64,000 bases of DNA, from the IMG/VR virus record IMGVR_UViG_3300037104_000592, positions 1 through 64,000 of that record; one strand, written 5' to 3'. The DNA comes from a virus. Position 1 is the stretch's first letter. Each line of letters starts with the position of its first letter. Below are positions 55,927 through 64,000 of this stretch, piece after piece. The notes below the pieces were generated by a model. It saw only the letters and a list, made by a program, of their open reading frames with translations. It was not told the origin of the DNA and ran no database searches. Position numbers and translations under genes: made by a program.

Positions 55927-58623
55927 ATGCCAAATATATTAAACATAGATAAGTTTTGTGAAAACTTAAAAGGAATTTCTTCTTTAAAAGCTATTGATAA
56001 AAGAAAATTCCATCCAAATGGATTATTCTCAGAGCAGATATTTGGTCCTTTAAAAAATTATACATGTCAATGTGGAATATATCATGGAGTATCCAATGCA
56101 GGTGGAACTTGCGAAATATGTGGAGTTGATATTGTTCATAGTATTGAGAGAAGAAGAAGATTTGGAAAAATTGTTCTACCTTTGAAAGTTGTTAATCCAA
56201 TTTTTTATGATTTGGTTATAAAATTGGGTGGAAATATATTAAAAAAGAATATAGATGAGTTAATGAAAAATGAAAAAAGTTATTTATATAAAGATGAAAA
56301 TGATTATATTGTAGAAACTAAGTTACCCCATCCTACTAATACTCAAATATGGGATAGATCTGAAGCAATTTTTGAATTAGTAAATGGACTTGCTACAGAG
56401 TTGGGAAATAATGAAAGTGGAATGGGAATTAAAGAATGGGAATTAATAAAAAATAATATTGATTGTTTATTTATTAAAAATGTTATAGTGTTACCACCTG
56501 ATTTAAGACCTGCTGCAAAAGGAATGGATAAGAACGATCAACGAATGGATAAGATAAATAGATTTTATGTTCAAATTCTTACAAAAAAAGAAAGTATGAG
56601 AAATACTCCTATAAATATAGAAACTGATAAAAGCGTATATTACAATTTTTTCAAGCAATTACAGAGAGATGTTAATGAATTATATGAACATATTATTTCA
56701 AAAATATCCAAGAAAGAAGGTTTAATAAGAGGAAATATTTTAGGGAAGAGAATAGATTTCTCAGGTAGAGCTGTTATTGTTCCAGAACCTTCTTTGAAAT
56801 TAGATGAATGTAGTCTTCCATATTTAATGGTTTTAGAATTATTTAAAATTCAATTATCTAAAAAACTTATAGATTTAAAACAGTTTAAATTATTAAATGA
56901 AGCAATTGATTTTGTTGATAGGTGTATAGAATTATCAGATCCTATTTTATTTAATATTTGTCAAGACATAGTTAAAAATGAAGTTTGTTTACTTAATAGA
57001 CAACCAACTTTACATAGATTAGGAATGATTGGATTTAAGATAAAAACTTCTTTAGATAAAGTTATAAAGATACACCCCCTAGTTTGTCCAGGATTTAATT
57101 CGGATTTTGATGGAGATCAAATGGCAGTATATATTCCGATTTCTGATAGGACAAAAGCAGAAGTTAGAGAAAAATTTATGTCAACTAAAAATTTATCTAA
57201 TCCTTCAAATGGAAGTTTAATTACTATTCCAAGTCAGGATATGGTTTTAGGAATTTATATGTTGACTACATCATCATTTGGAGAAGTTGAATATAAAGGT
57301 GAAAAAATAACAATTGGATCCAAAATATTCAATGAATGTTTACCAAGTGATTATCCATTAATAAATGGTTCAATAAATAATAAGATCTTAAAAGAAACAT
57401 TAAATGATATTAAAAATAAATATCCAGATGAAATAGTAACTGAAGTATTAGATAAAATAAAAGAAGTTGGTTTTAGATTTTCAACAATATATGGAACCTC
57501 AATGTCTTTGAAGCATATTTCAATTGATGGAATTGATAAAATTAAAAATGATATTTATTCATTGGATAATATTCAAGATCAATTATCTGCAATCTCTAGT
57601 AAAAAAACTGAAGATATAATGAGGAAAAACTTTAAATATTCTTATCTTATAGATTCAGGTGCAAGAGGAAAATGGGATCAGGTAAGACAAATAATTTTAA
57701 CAAGAGGATATATTTCTAATTTTCAAGGAGATATTCTCCCAACCCCAATAAAGCATAATTTAATAGAAGGTTTAGATCAACAAGAGTTTTTTAATTCAAC
57801 ATACGGTTGTAGAAAAGGATTATTAGATGTTGCATTAAATACAGGTGATTCTGGATATTTATCTAGAAAATTAATTTTCACTTGTGTTAACTTAATAATT
57901 GGGGAAGAAGATGATTGTGGAACAACAGATTATCTTGATATATTAGTTACTAGTGAAAAGAAAGCAAAAATGTTAATTGGAAGATATTATTTAAATGATG
58001 GAAATTTATCTGAAATAACAGTTGAAAATCATAAAGGATTTGTTGGAAAATTAATTCAACTTAGAAGTCCTATTTTCTGTAAAAATGAAGAACTATGTCA
58101 TAAATGTTATGGAAACTTATATAAAAATTTACATAGTAAGTTTGTAGGAATTATAGCTGCTCAAGCATGTGGAGAAGCTGGAGTTCAGCTAATTTTGAGA
58201 ACATTCCATACAAGTGGTGTAGCAAAGATTTCGGAAGATCAAACAGATATGAGACAGTCAGATATCGTAAGTGATTTATCTTCTGTATCAAAAGTTCTTC
58301 ATAATAAAGATAAAAAGGAATATAAAGAATTAGTTTCTAATTTATTTGACTTATATATTATAAATAGAGATATTCACCATATTCATTTTGAATGTATAAT
58401 TTCTCAAATGATGTGGAAAGGTTTTAGAAAATGGAGACTTCTACCAAATAGAGATAAAATTTCTTCAGACTATTATTCAATTCAAACAGTTCCTGAAAAA
58501 GAAAGTTGGATTGTAGGATTAGCTTTCTCAAATCCAAAAAACCATATTTTAAAAGGAATTGTTCAAGATGGAAATTATAAAGGAATTTTTGATAAAATAA
58601 TGCTAGGAGAAATACCTAGATAA
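55927..58623 (+). CDS. Phage multi-subunit RNA polymerase beta'-like subunit (set 2)
   Basis: GLFSEQIFGP, Zn finger CQC..CEIC, VLPPDLRP, GKRIDFSGRAVI, NRQPTLH, FNSDFDGDQMA, RKGLLD, LRTFH. Confidence 0.95.
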   Translation: MPNILNIDKFCENLKGISSLKAIDKRKFHPNGLFSEQIFGPLKNYTCQCGIYHGVSNAGGTCEICGVDIVHSIERRRRFGKIVLPLKVVNPIFYDLVIKLGGNILKKNIDELMKNEKSYLYKDENDYIVETKLPHPTNTQIWDRSEAIFELVNGLATELGNNESGMGIKEWELIKNNIDCLFIKNVIVLPPDLRPAAKGMDKNDQRMDKINRFYVQILTKKESMRNTPINIETDKSVYYNFFKQLQRDVNELYEHIISKISKKEGLIRGNILGKRIDFSGRAVIVPEPSLKLDECSLPYLMVLELFKIQLSKKLIDLKQFKLLNEAIDFVDRCIELSDPILFNICQDIVKNEVCLLNRQPTLHRLGMIGFKIKTSLDKVIKIHPLVCPGFNSDFDGDQMAVYIPISDRTKAEVREKFMSTKNLSNPSNGSLITIPSQDMVLGIYMLTTSSFGEVEYKGEKITIGSKIFNECLPSDYPLINGSINNKILKETLNDIKNKYPDEIVTEVLDKIKEVGFRFSTIYGTSMSLKHISIDGIDKIKNDIYSLDNIQDQLSAISSKKTEDIMRKNFKYSYLIDSGARGKWDQVRQIILTRGYISNFQGDILPTPIKHNLIEGLDQQEFFNSTYGCRKGLLDVALNTGDSGYLSRKLIFTCVNLIIGEEDDCGTTDYLDILVTSEKKAKMLIGRYYLNDGNLSEITVENHKGFVGKLIQLRSPIFCKNEELCHKCYGNLYKNLHSKFVGIIAAQACGEAGVQLILRTFHTSGVAKISEDQTDMRQSDIVSDLSSVSKVLHNKDKKEYKELVSNLFDLYIINRDIHHIHFECIISQMMWKGFRKWRLLPNRDKISSDYYSIQTVPEKESWIVGLAFSNPKNHILKGIVQDGNYKGIFDKIMLGEIPR

Positions 58624-58644
58624 AAAATTTTAACACCTCAGGAG

Positions 58645-61600
58645 GTGAAATTAGTGGATATAATAAATCCAAACTATAAAATAAATGAAGAAAACAATAT
58701 ATTTTCAATAAGAGAAAAAGAATATAACTTAATAAAAGATAATGTAAGAGAAATTTTAAAAGCAGCAGAAGAAGTTGGTTTTTTAGTTAATGAACTTGGA
58801 ATAACGGAATCTAAATTCTCATCTGGAGAATTACAGAAAACATTAAAGAAAAATTTAGTTATAAAATTAAGACGAGGATCTTCTGACATAGACTTATCTA
58901 TGGCTATTCCAAAATTAATTGATAAAAATTATGTTATAATTGGAGGAAGGAAAAAAGTTCCTTTATTTCAATTATTTGATATTCCTGTAGTTACAAGAGG
59001 AAAAACTATAAAAATCAGAACCAATGTAGCAAGTATGATGATAGTAGATGAAAAAGAATTTCCATTTATTCATCTATCAATTTTTAATAAAAAAGTTCCA
59101 TTGTCCTTAGTCATATTTGCTTACTATGGTTTAGAAGAAACAAAAAATAAATTTAGTTTAGATAAAATAGAAATTCCTGAAATAAAAACTTTACATGATA
59201 AATTAATGACAGATTTAAAAGATTTTTATGAAGGATCAGAAGGGTTTACAAAAGAAGAATTTATCAAAGAAGTTGGTAAATTCTTCTCAACAAATGATGC
59301 AAAAAATAAAGGTGAAGATTTAATTTATGCTCTAGATCTTATTTTAAAGACCGATATAATGTCAGCTAAATTTTTCAAAACTGGAAACATTTTAGATGAA
59401 ATTGTTGAGGTTATTAAATTAGGTGGTTATGATGATACTGATTTAAGAAATAAAAGAGTAAGGTGTTTTGAATATGTAATTTTAGCTAAAGTATCTAAAG
59501 CAATATTTGATCTATGTATGTCAAATAGATCAACCACAAGACAAGCTAAATTTAATGTAAATTCCAGTCAAATTTTATCAGATTGTAATGTTTCAGATAT
59601 TGTTCAATTTGATTTTTCAATAAATCCAATTGAACAATTAACAAAATTAACAAGAACAAGTTTGGTTGGTCCTGGTGGGTTTGACAGAGAAAATGTTCCA
59701 GAATATCTAAGAGATATTAATCCATCAATGTTTGGAAGAATTTGTCCTGTTGATACTCCTGATAGAGATAACTGTGGAATATTACAAAGTTTATTACCAA
59801 ATACACCATTAGATGAAAATTTAAAATTTACAGATGAATCATTAGAAAAATCACCTATTTCTATTCCAGTTTCTTTAGTTCCATTTTTAGAACATGATGA
59901 TCAAACTAGATTACAAATGGCATCATCACAAATGAGACAGTCTATTATGTTATCAGAGTTTGAAGTTCCTATGGTTCAATCGGGATGTGAAGGGTTATAT
60001 ACAGATCATAGTAGCTTTATAAAAAAGGCTAGAAAAAATGGAAAAGTATCTTATGTAGATCAGTTTAATATAATTATTGTTTATGATGATAATGATTATG
60101 ATATTTTTGATGTATCAAATAGAAGAATATATGTTGAAAATATGGATGTTATGAACATATATGTTTCTAAAGGAGATAAAGTTAAAAAAGGAACGATTAT
60201 TGCTGAAAGTAATTATTGTAAAGATGGAAAAATAAATTTTGGAAGAAATTTATTAACAGCTGTTATGCCATATTATGGATATAATTATGAGGATGCAATT
60301 GTTATTTCTGATAGATTAGTAAAAGAAAATATTTTTACATCTATTCATTATATTGATTTATCATTTGTATTACCAGCAGATAAAATTTTACTTAGTTTAG
60401 AAAAAGATAAATATAAACCCCTTCCAACTCCAAAACCATATATAGATTTGGAAGAAGGAATTACAGAAGAAGAAAAAAGAAAAAGAAAAAGAGAATTAGT
60501 TTTAAAGGGTCAACATTATGCTATAATTAAACAAATTCCATCTACTACTTTGGATTACAATTCTATTTTCGAGGAAGAGATACCTTTAACTGCTAAAAGA
60601 GATATTTTAGTAACTGAAGTAAATATTTATCCTAATAAATGGAATGACTCAATTCCAAAATTTAATGAATGGATAGATAAAAAATCTAAAGAACAAATAG
60701 ATCAAGAGAATAAATTTAAGAGAATTATTTATGAAAATCTACCAAAAAGAAATGCTGATCAATATATAAGAGATCATAATCTAGATAGATTTTCTCATAT
60801 TGGAAAGTTTAAAATTAAAGGTGAAGAAATAAAAGGAACTTTAATTGAGATGTTTGGTTTTTATGTTAGACCAATTACTATTGGAGATAAGATTGGAAAC
60901 AGACATGGAAATAAAGGTGTAATTTCAAAAATAGTTCCACATAATCTTATGCCTAAATTAGAAGATGGAAGAAATGTTGATATATGTATAAATCCTTTAG
61001 GTGTTCCTTCGAGAATGAATGTTGGTCAAATATTTGAGTTACATTCTGCAATGTCTTTATATGATTTAAAAAAGACTATGTTAAAAATGATAAAAGAAGG
61101 AAAATCCAAAGACGAATTGAAAACATATATTTTAAATTATATTAAAATCATTGATAATACAGAAAATAATTGGTATTATAAACAGTTTGAAAAAAATATA
61201 AAAACTATAAATAAAAAGTTTATAGAAGATCTTACTATTCTTGCTCCACCATTTGAATCATCAACTAGAAAAATGATATTAGATGCTTGTGAATATACAA
61301 ATACCAAAACTGAATTTAAAGTATACGAACCATATGAAAAAATTGATATTCATGATATAGCTTGTGGGTTTATATATTTCTTTAGAATGGTTCACATAGC
61401 TGAAAATAGATTAGCAGCTAGAGGGATTGGTTCATATGGAAGAAGAACAATGCAACCAGGTGGTGGTCGTAAACACAAAGGAGGACAACGTTGTGGAGAG
61501 ATGGAAATCGCAGCAATCATTGCTCATGGTGGACTTGAAAATCTATATGAAACTTTAACAACCAAGTCAGATTGTATAGATCTTAAAAATAAACATATTA

Positions 61601-61710
61601 AGCAAGAAATAGGATCAGATTTCTTTAGAGAAAAAGAAGGAGATATTATAAAACCTGAAGCAGTTCAGCTTTTAGAGAATTATCTAACTGTTTTGGGTAT
61701 AGAAAAATAA
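58645..61710 (+). CDS. Phage multi-subunit RNA polymerase beta-like subunit (set 2)
   Basis: GRICPVDTPD, PFLEHDD, GYNYEDAI, GDKIGNRHGNKG, NPLGVPSRMNVGQ, GGQRCGEME. Confidence 0.95.
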   Translation: MKLVDIINPNYKINEENNIFSIREKEYNLIKDNVREILKAAEEVGFLVNELGITESKFSSGELQKTLKKNLVIKLRRGSSDIDLSMAIPKLIDKNYVIIGGRKKVPLFQLFDIPVVTRGKTIKIRTNVASMMIVDEKEFPFIHLSIFNKKVPLSLVIFAYYGLEETKNKFSLDKIEIPEIKTLHDKLMTDLKDFYEGSEGFTKEEFIKEVGKFFSTNDAKNKGEDLIYALDLILKTDIMSAKFFKTGNILDEIVEVIKLGGYDDTDLRNKRVRCFEYVILAKVSKAIFDLCMSNRSTTRQAKFNVNSSQILSDCNVSDIVQFDFSINPIEQLTKLTRTSLVGPGGFDRENVPEYLRDINPSMFGRICPVDTPDRDNCGILQSLLPNTPLDENLKFTDESLEKSPISIPVSLVPFLEHDDQTRLQMASSQMRQSIMLSEFEVPMVQSGCEGLYTDHSSFIKKARKNGKVSYVDQFNIIIVYDDNDYDIFDVSNRRIYVENMDVMNIYVSKGDKVKKGTIIAESNYCKDGKINFGRNLLTAVMPYYGYNYEDAIVISDRLVKENIFTSIHYIDLSFVLPADKILLSLEKDKYKPLPTPKPYIDLEEGITEEEKRKRKRELVLKGQHYAIIKQIPSTTLDYNSIFEEEIPLTAKRDILVTEVNIYPNKWNDSIPKFNEWIDKKSKEQIDQENKFKRIIYENLPKRNADQYIRDHNLDRFSHIGKFKIKGEEIKGTLIEMFGFYVRPITIGDKIGNRHGNKGVISKIVPHNLMPKLEDGRNVDICINPLGVPSRMNVGQIFELHSAMSLYDLKKTMLKMIKEGKSKDELKTYILNYIKIIDNTENNWYYKQFEKNIKTINKKFIEDLTILAPPFESSTRKMILDACEYTNTKTEFKVYEPYEKIDIHDIACGFIYFFRMVHIAENRLAARGIGSYGRRTMQPGGGRKHKGGQRCGEMEIAAIIAHGGLENLYETLTTKSDCIDLKNKHIKQEIGSDFFREKEGDIIKPEAVQLLENYLTVLGIEK

Positions 61711-61715
61711 TTAAT

Positions 61716-61752
61716 TGGGAGATTAATTGTGAAATTAATCTCCCACATTTTA
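61716..61752 (+). terminator. Intrinsic terminator after RNAP set 2
   Basis: TGGGAGATTAATT-GTGA-AATTAATCTCCCA (13 bp, GNRA loop), then CATTTT. Confidence 0.75.
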
Positions 61753-61937
61753 TGGTGAAAAATATGCCTTGCAATTTATGTAAAGGGTTTGGATATGAAA
61801 AATGGTTTATATATAATCCTGGTTCTAGTCAAGCAATTATTGAACCACGTGATTGTCCAGAATGTAAAGGAACTGGATTAGATTGGACTGATATAATCTT
61901 AGAAAAACCAGAACTATATAATAGTAAAATATATTAG
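61752..61937 (+). CDS. DnaJ-type CxxCxGxG Zn-finger microprotein
   Basis: CNLCKGFG..CPECKGTGLDWTD. Confidence 0.65.
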   Translation: MVKNMPCNLCKGFGYEKWFIYNPGSSQAIIEPRDCPECKGTGLDWTDIILEKPELYNSKIY

Positions 61938-61949
61938 ATGGTGTAATAG

Positions 61950-62189
61950 ATGGTTTTAATATGTAAAAAATGTAACGGAGCAGGAAAAAAATTAAAAACT
62001 GAACTAATTCATAAACATTCATTTCCAGTATATCCAAGAGATTATAGATCATATTCTGCTGGTCCTTGTAAACTATGTAATGGAAATTCTTGGTATTATG
62101 TTAATTGGGTAGATTTAGTTTTAGAATATCCAGATTTATATAATAAAAAAATATATAGGTTAGAAGAAGATGAAATGTCCGTTTTGTAA
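61950..62189 (+). CDS. DnaJ-type Zn-finger microprotein
   Basis: CKKCNGAG..CKLCNG..NWVD. Confidence 0.65.
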   Translation: MVLICKKCNGAGKKLKTELIHKHSFPVYPRDYRSYSAGPCKLCNGNSWYYVNWVDLVLEYPDLYNKKIYRLEEDEMSVL

Positions 62190-62355
62190 TAAAGGGTTTT
62201 ATGAATATATAGCAGGAAGTGAAAAAACTGATTTTAATATTAATGATATAAATCCTGATAATATAATATATAAAAAAGCAAAGTGTATAGTATGTAAAGG
62301 CTCTGGAATTTTGGATTGGGTTGATTCAATTATATATGGTTATATGGGAGAATAA
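62170..62355 (+). CDS. DnaJ-type Zn-finger microprotein
   Basis: CPFCNKG..CIVCKGSGILDWVD. Confidence 0.65.
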   Translation: MKCPFCNKGFYEYIAGSEKTDFNINDINPDNIIYKKAKCIVCKGSGILDWVDSIIYGYMGE

Positions 62356-62357
62356 AT

Positions 62358-62642
62358 ATGCTATGTCCAAGATGCAATGGAGTTAAAGAAATAATTGTTG
62401 CAAATTTTAATTCTTATTCAGTATTTGAAAGATGTAAAATGTGTAAAGGAACAGGGGAAGCAGATTGGTTAGATATAGTAGTATGTGAAAAAAATTCATC
62501 ATTTTTGTTTGATGAAGAAGAATTTTCATATTTTATTAAAGAAAATGAACCGAACGTTGATATTTTTGCTGTAAAAGCTCAGATGGAAGAACTATTATCA
62601 AGTTCAAAATATAGATATAAAATTCATCATTTAAAAGATTGA
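62358..62642 (+). CDS. DnaJ-type Zn-finger microprotein
   Basis: CPRCNG..CKMCKGTGEADWLD. Confidence 0.65.
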   Translation: MLCPRCNGVKEIIVANFNSYSVFERCKMCKGTGEADWLDIVVCEKNSSFLFDEEEFSYFIKENEPNVDIFAVKAQMEELLSSSKYRYKIHHLKD

Positions 62643-62657
62643 GGTGCAAATTGAAAT

Positions 62658-62915
62658 ATGTTAGGTAAACAATATTGTCCTGAATGTGGAGCAGAAATAG
62701 GATTTGATATTAAAATCCCAGAAAAGTCTTATTTAATTGATTATGATAAAGGATTTTCTAGAAATGATAATAATGATGCTTGGAGTCCAAATGGAGATGG
62801 TTTATATTTTGAGTTTTATTGCACGGAAGATATGATGCATGAATTAAATGATAGTATATCAGAAGAGTGGAAAGACGAAGTTATTAAAAATTTTAAAGAT
62901 TGGATAAAAAAATAA
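62658..62915 (+). CDS. Small Zn-ribbon protein
   Basis: CPECG..C....H. Confidence 0.55.
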   Translation: MLGKQYCPECGAEIGFDIKIPEKSYLIDYDKGFSRNDNNDAWSPNGDGLYFEFYCTEDMMHELNDSISEEWKDEVIKNFKDWIKK

Positions 62916-63313
62916 TGCATATAGATGAACTTATTTTTGATGATTTATGTAAAGAACGTGGATTTAAACAATTTAGAAATGGACATCCTGATAGATATGT
63001 TGCATTAATAAAAAATAAATTTATTTATATAGCTAGAGTCGAAATTAAAAGTAAAAATGGAACTTTATCAAAATCTCAAAAAAGAATGGAAAAATTCTCT
63101 ATTTTTGATTTCATACCATTCTTTAAGGTTAATAGCAATCAATTTAATAAATTTTTAAACCCAATAATTTTTAAAAAAGAAGCTTTTAAAACAAAATGGA
63201 AAAAGAGTATGGAATTTTTTCCATTTGATGAACCCACTATATATGATAGATTGTCTGTTATTTCAAAACAATTAAAAAAATTATCCAAAGTTATAGAAAA
63301 GAGTATAAAATGA
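62900..63313 (+). CDS. VRR-NUC-like PD-(D/E)xK nuclease
   Basis: NGHPDR..VEIKSKNGTLSKSQK. Confidence 0.65.
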   Translation: MDKKIMHIDELIFDDLCKERGFKQFRNGHPDRYVALIKNKFIYIARVEIKSKNGTLSKSQKRMEKFSIFDFIPFFKVNSNQFNKFLNPIIFKKEAFKTKWKKSMEFFPFDEPTIYDRLSVISKQLKKLSKVIEKSIK

Positions 63314-63684
63314 ATAAAGAAAATACACAAAGATTAACAGAAAATTTTCCTAAACTATATGGAGAAAACTTTCGATTTTCATGTATGGATGGGTGGTTTA
63401 ATCTTATATATGATTTGTCAGAAGAAATAACTAAATTGGATCCTGAATGTCAAGCAGCTCAAGTTAAAGAAAAATTTGGCGGATTAAGATTTTACATAGG
63501 TGCAAGACCAAAAGAAATATGGAACTTAATTGCTAAATATGAAAATGAATCTTGGAAAATTTGTGAGAGTTGTGGATCATCTGAAAATGTAAAAAGAACC
63601 AGTGGTGGGTGGGTTCATAGTTTTTGTAATAATTGTACAGAAGAGTATTATAAAGAAAGGAAAAAAGATATAAATGACAAGTGA
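63310..63684 (+). CDS. Conserved phage protein (QVKEKFGGLRFY family)
   Basis: DGW..QVKEKFGGLRFY..CESCG..W..FC..C. Confidence 0.75.
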   Translation: MNKENTQRLTENFPKLYGENFRFSCMDGWFNLIYDLSEEITKLDPECQAAQVKEKFGGLRFYIGARPKEIWNLIAKYENESWKICESCGSSENVKRTSGGWVHSFCNNCTEEYYKERKKDINDK

Positions 63685-64000
63685 ACTTCCAGATATACAG
63701 CACTCTGAAATTCCGAAATATAAAATATATATAAATCAAGTTGGTGTTGATCATGTTAAAGTTCCATTTTTATTAGATAGTTTGTATGGGGGAACTCATA
63801 GTCTTATAGCTGATGTTGAAATGTCTGCTGATTTAAGAGAAGATATTAAAGGAATATCTATGTCTAAACTTTTAAGAACTTTAATTAAATATTTAGATAA
63901 ACCTTTAAAACATGAAATAATTCAACAAATTTTAGAAGAGTTTAAAACAGCTGTTGAAACTGATTCAGAACATAGTGTTATTAAATTTGAGTTTGAATTA
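63674..64000 (+). CDS. folE2: GTP cyclohydrolase IB (FolE2/MptA family), truncated by the window end
   Basis: My translation: MTSELPDIQ..INQVGV..VKVP..ADL...KGISMSK, matching the FolE2 N-terminal LPDxQ and KGxxMS motifs. Confidence 0.8.
   Translation, partial: MTSELPDIQHSEIPKYKIYINQVGVDHVKVPFLLDSLYGGTHSLIADVEMSADLREDIKGISMSKLLRTLIKYLDKPLKHEIIQQILEEFKTAVETDSEHSVIKFEFEL

Noticed and set aside
2399-63754. All minus-strand ORFs in the track, plus nested + strand ORF 24751-25008
   Set aside because: Short, low-complexity (F/L/I/S-rich) shadows of A-rich + strand genes, with no recognisable motifs.
1-64000. Cellular (bacterial or archaeal) chromosome origin, or an alternative genetic code
   Set aside because: Baseplate genes, single-strand gene packing, duplicated divergent RNAPs without ribosomal-protein neighbours and many homing endonucleases indicate a phage. 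Long conserved genes are intact under code 11.

Overview
An AT-rich segment of a jumbo (huge) tailed-phage genome. Genes are densely packed, and every credible gene is on the + strand. It encodes two complete, unsplit multi-subunit RNA polymerase pairs, each in beta'-beta order (13375-21533 and 55927-61710). Replication, recombination and nucleotide genes include a class II RNR, RecA/UvsX, a Cas4-like nuclease, an SSB-like protein, type II topoisomerase B and A (A carries an HNH-bearing intein), a UvsW-like helicase and an SbcCD/gp46-47 pair. Also present are baseplate genes (gp53-like, gp5-like), five free-standing homing-type endonucleases, QueD, FolE2, several radical-SAM proteins, a MoxR-like ATPase/vWA pair, Pth2 and a KH protein. 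The most striking locus is 48368-55476, a phage-encoded ubiquitin-like conjugation island directly upstream of the second RNAP. It holds an E2(D)-JAB-E1-Ubl cassette whose Ubl is fused to a Rho-N-like nucleic-acid-binding domain and whose E2 carries a ~600-aa extension. A ~170-nt structured RNA follows, then a second divergent E1 (possibly with a C-terminal beta-grasp domain) paired with a minimal E2 carrying a canonical HPN-x8-C motif. Two recurring intergenic motifs (CTATATATATTAATT and AGAACAAA) look like promoters for the two RNAPs. All family assignments come from reading motifs by eye; no searches were run.
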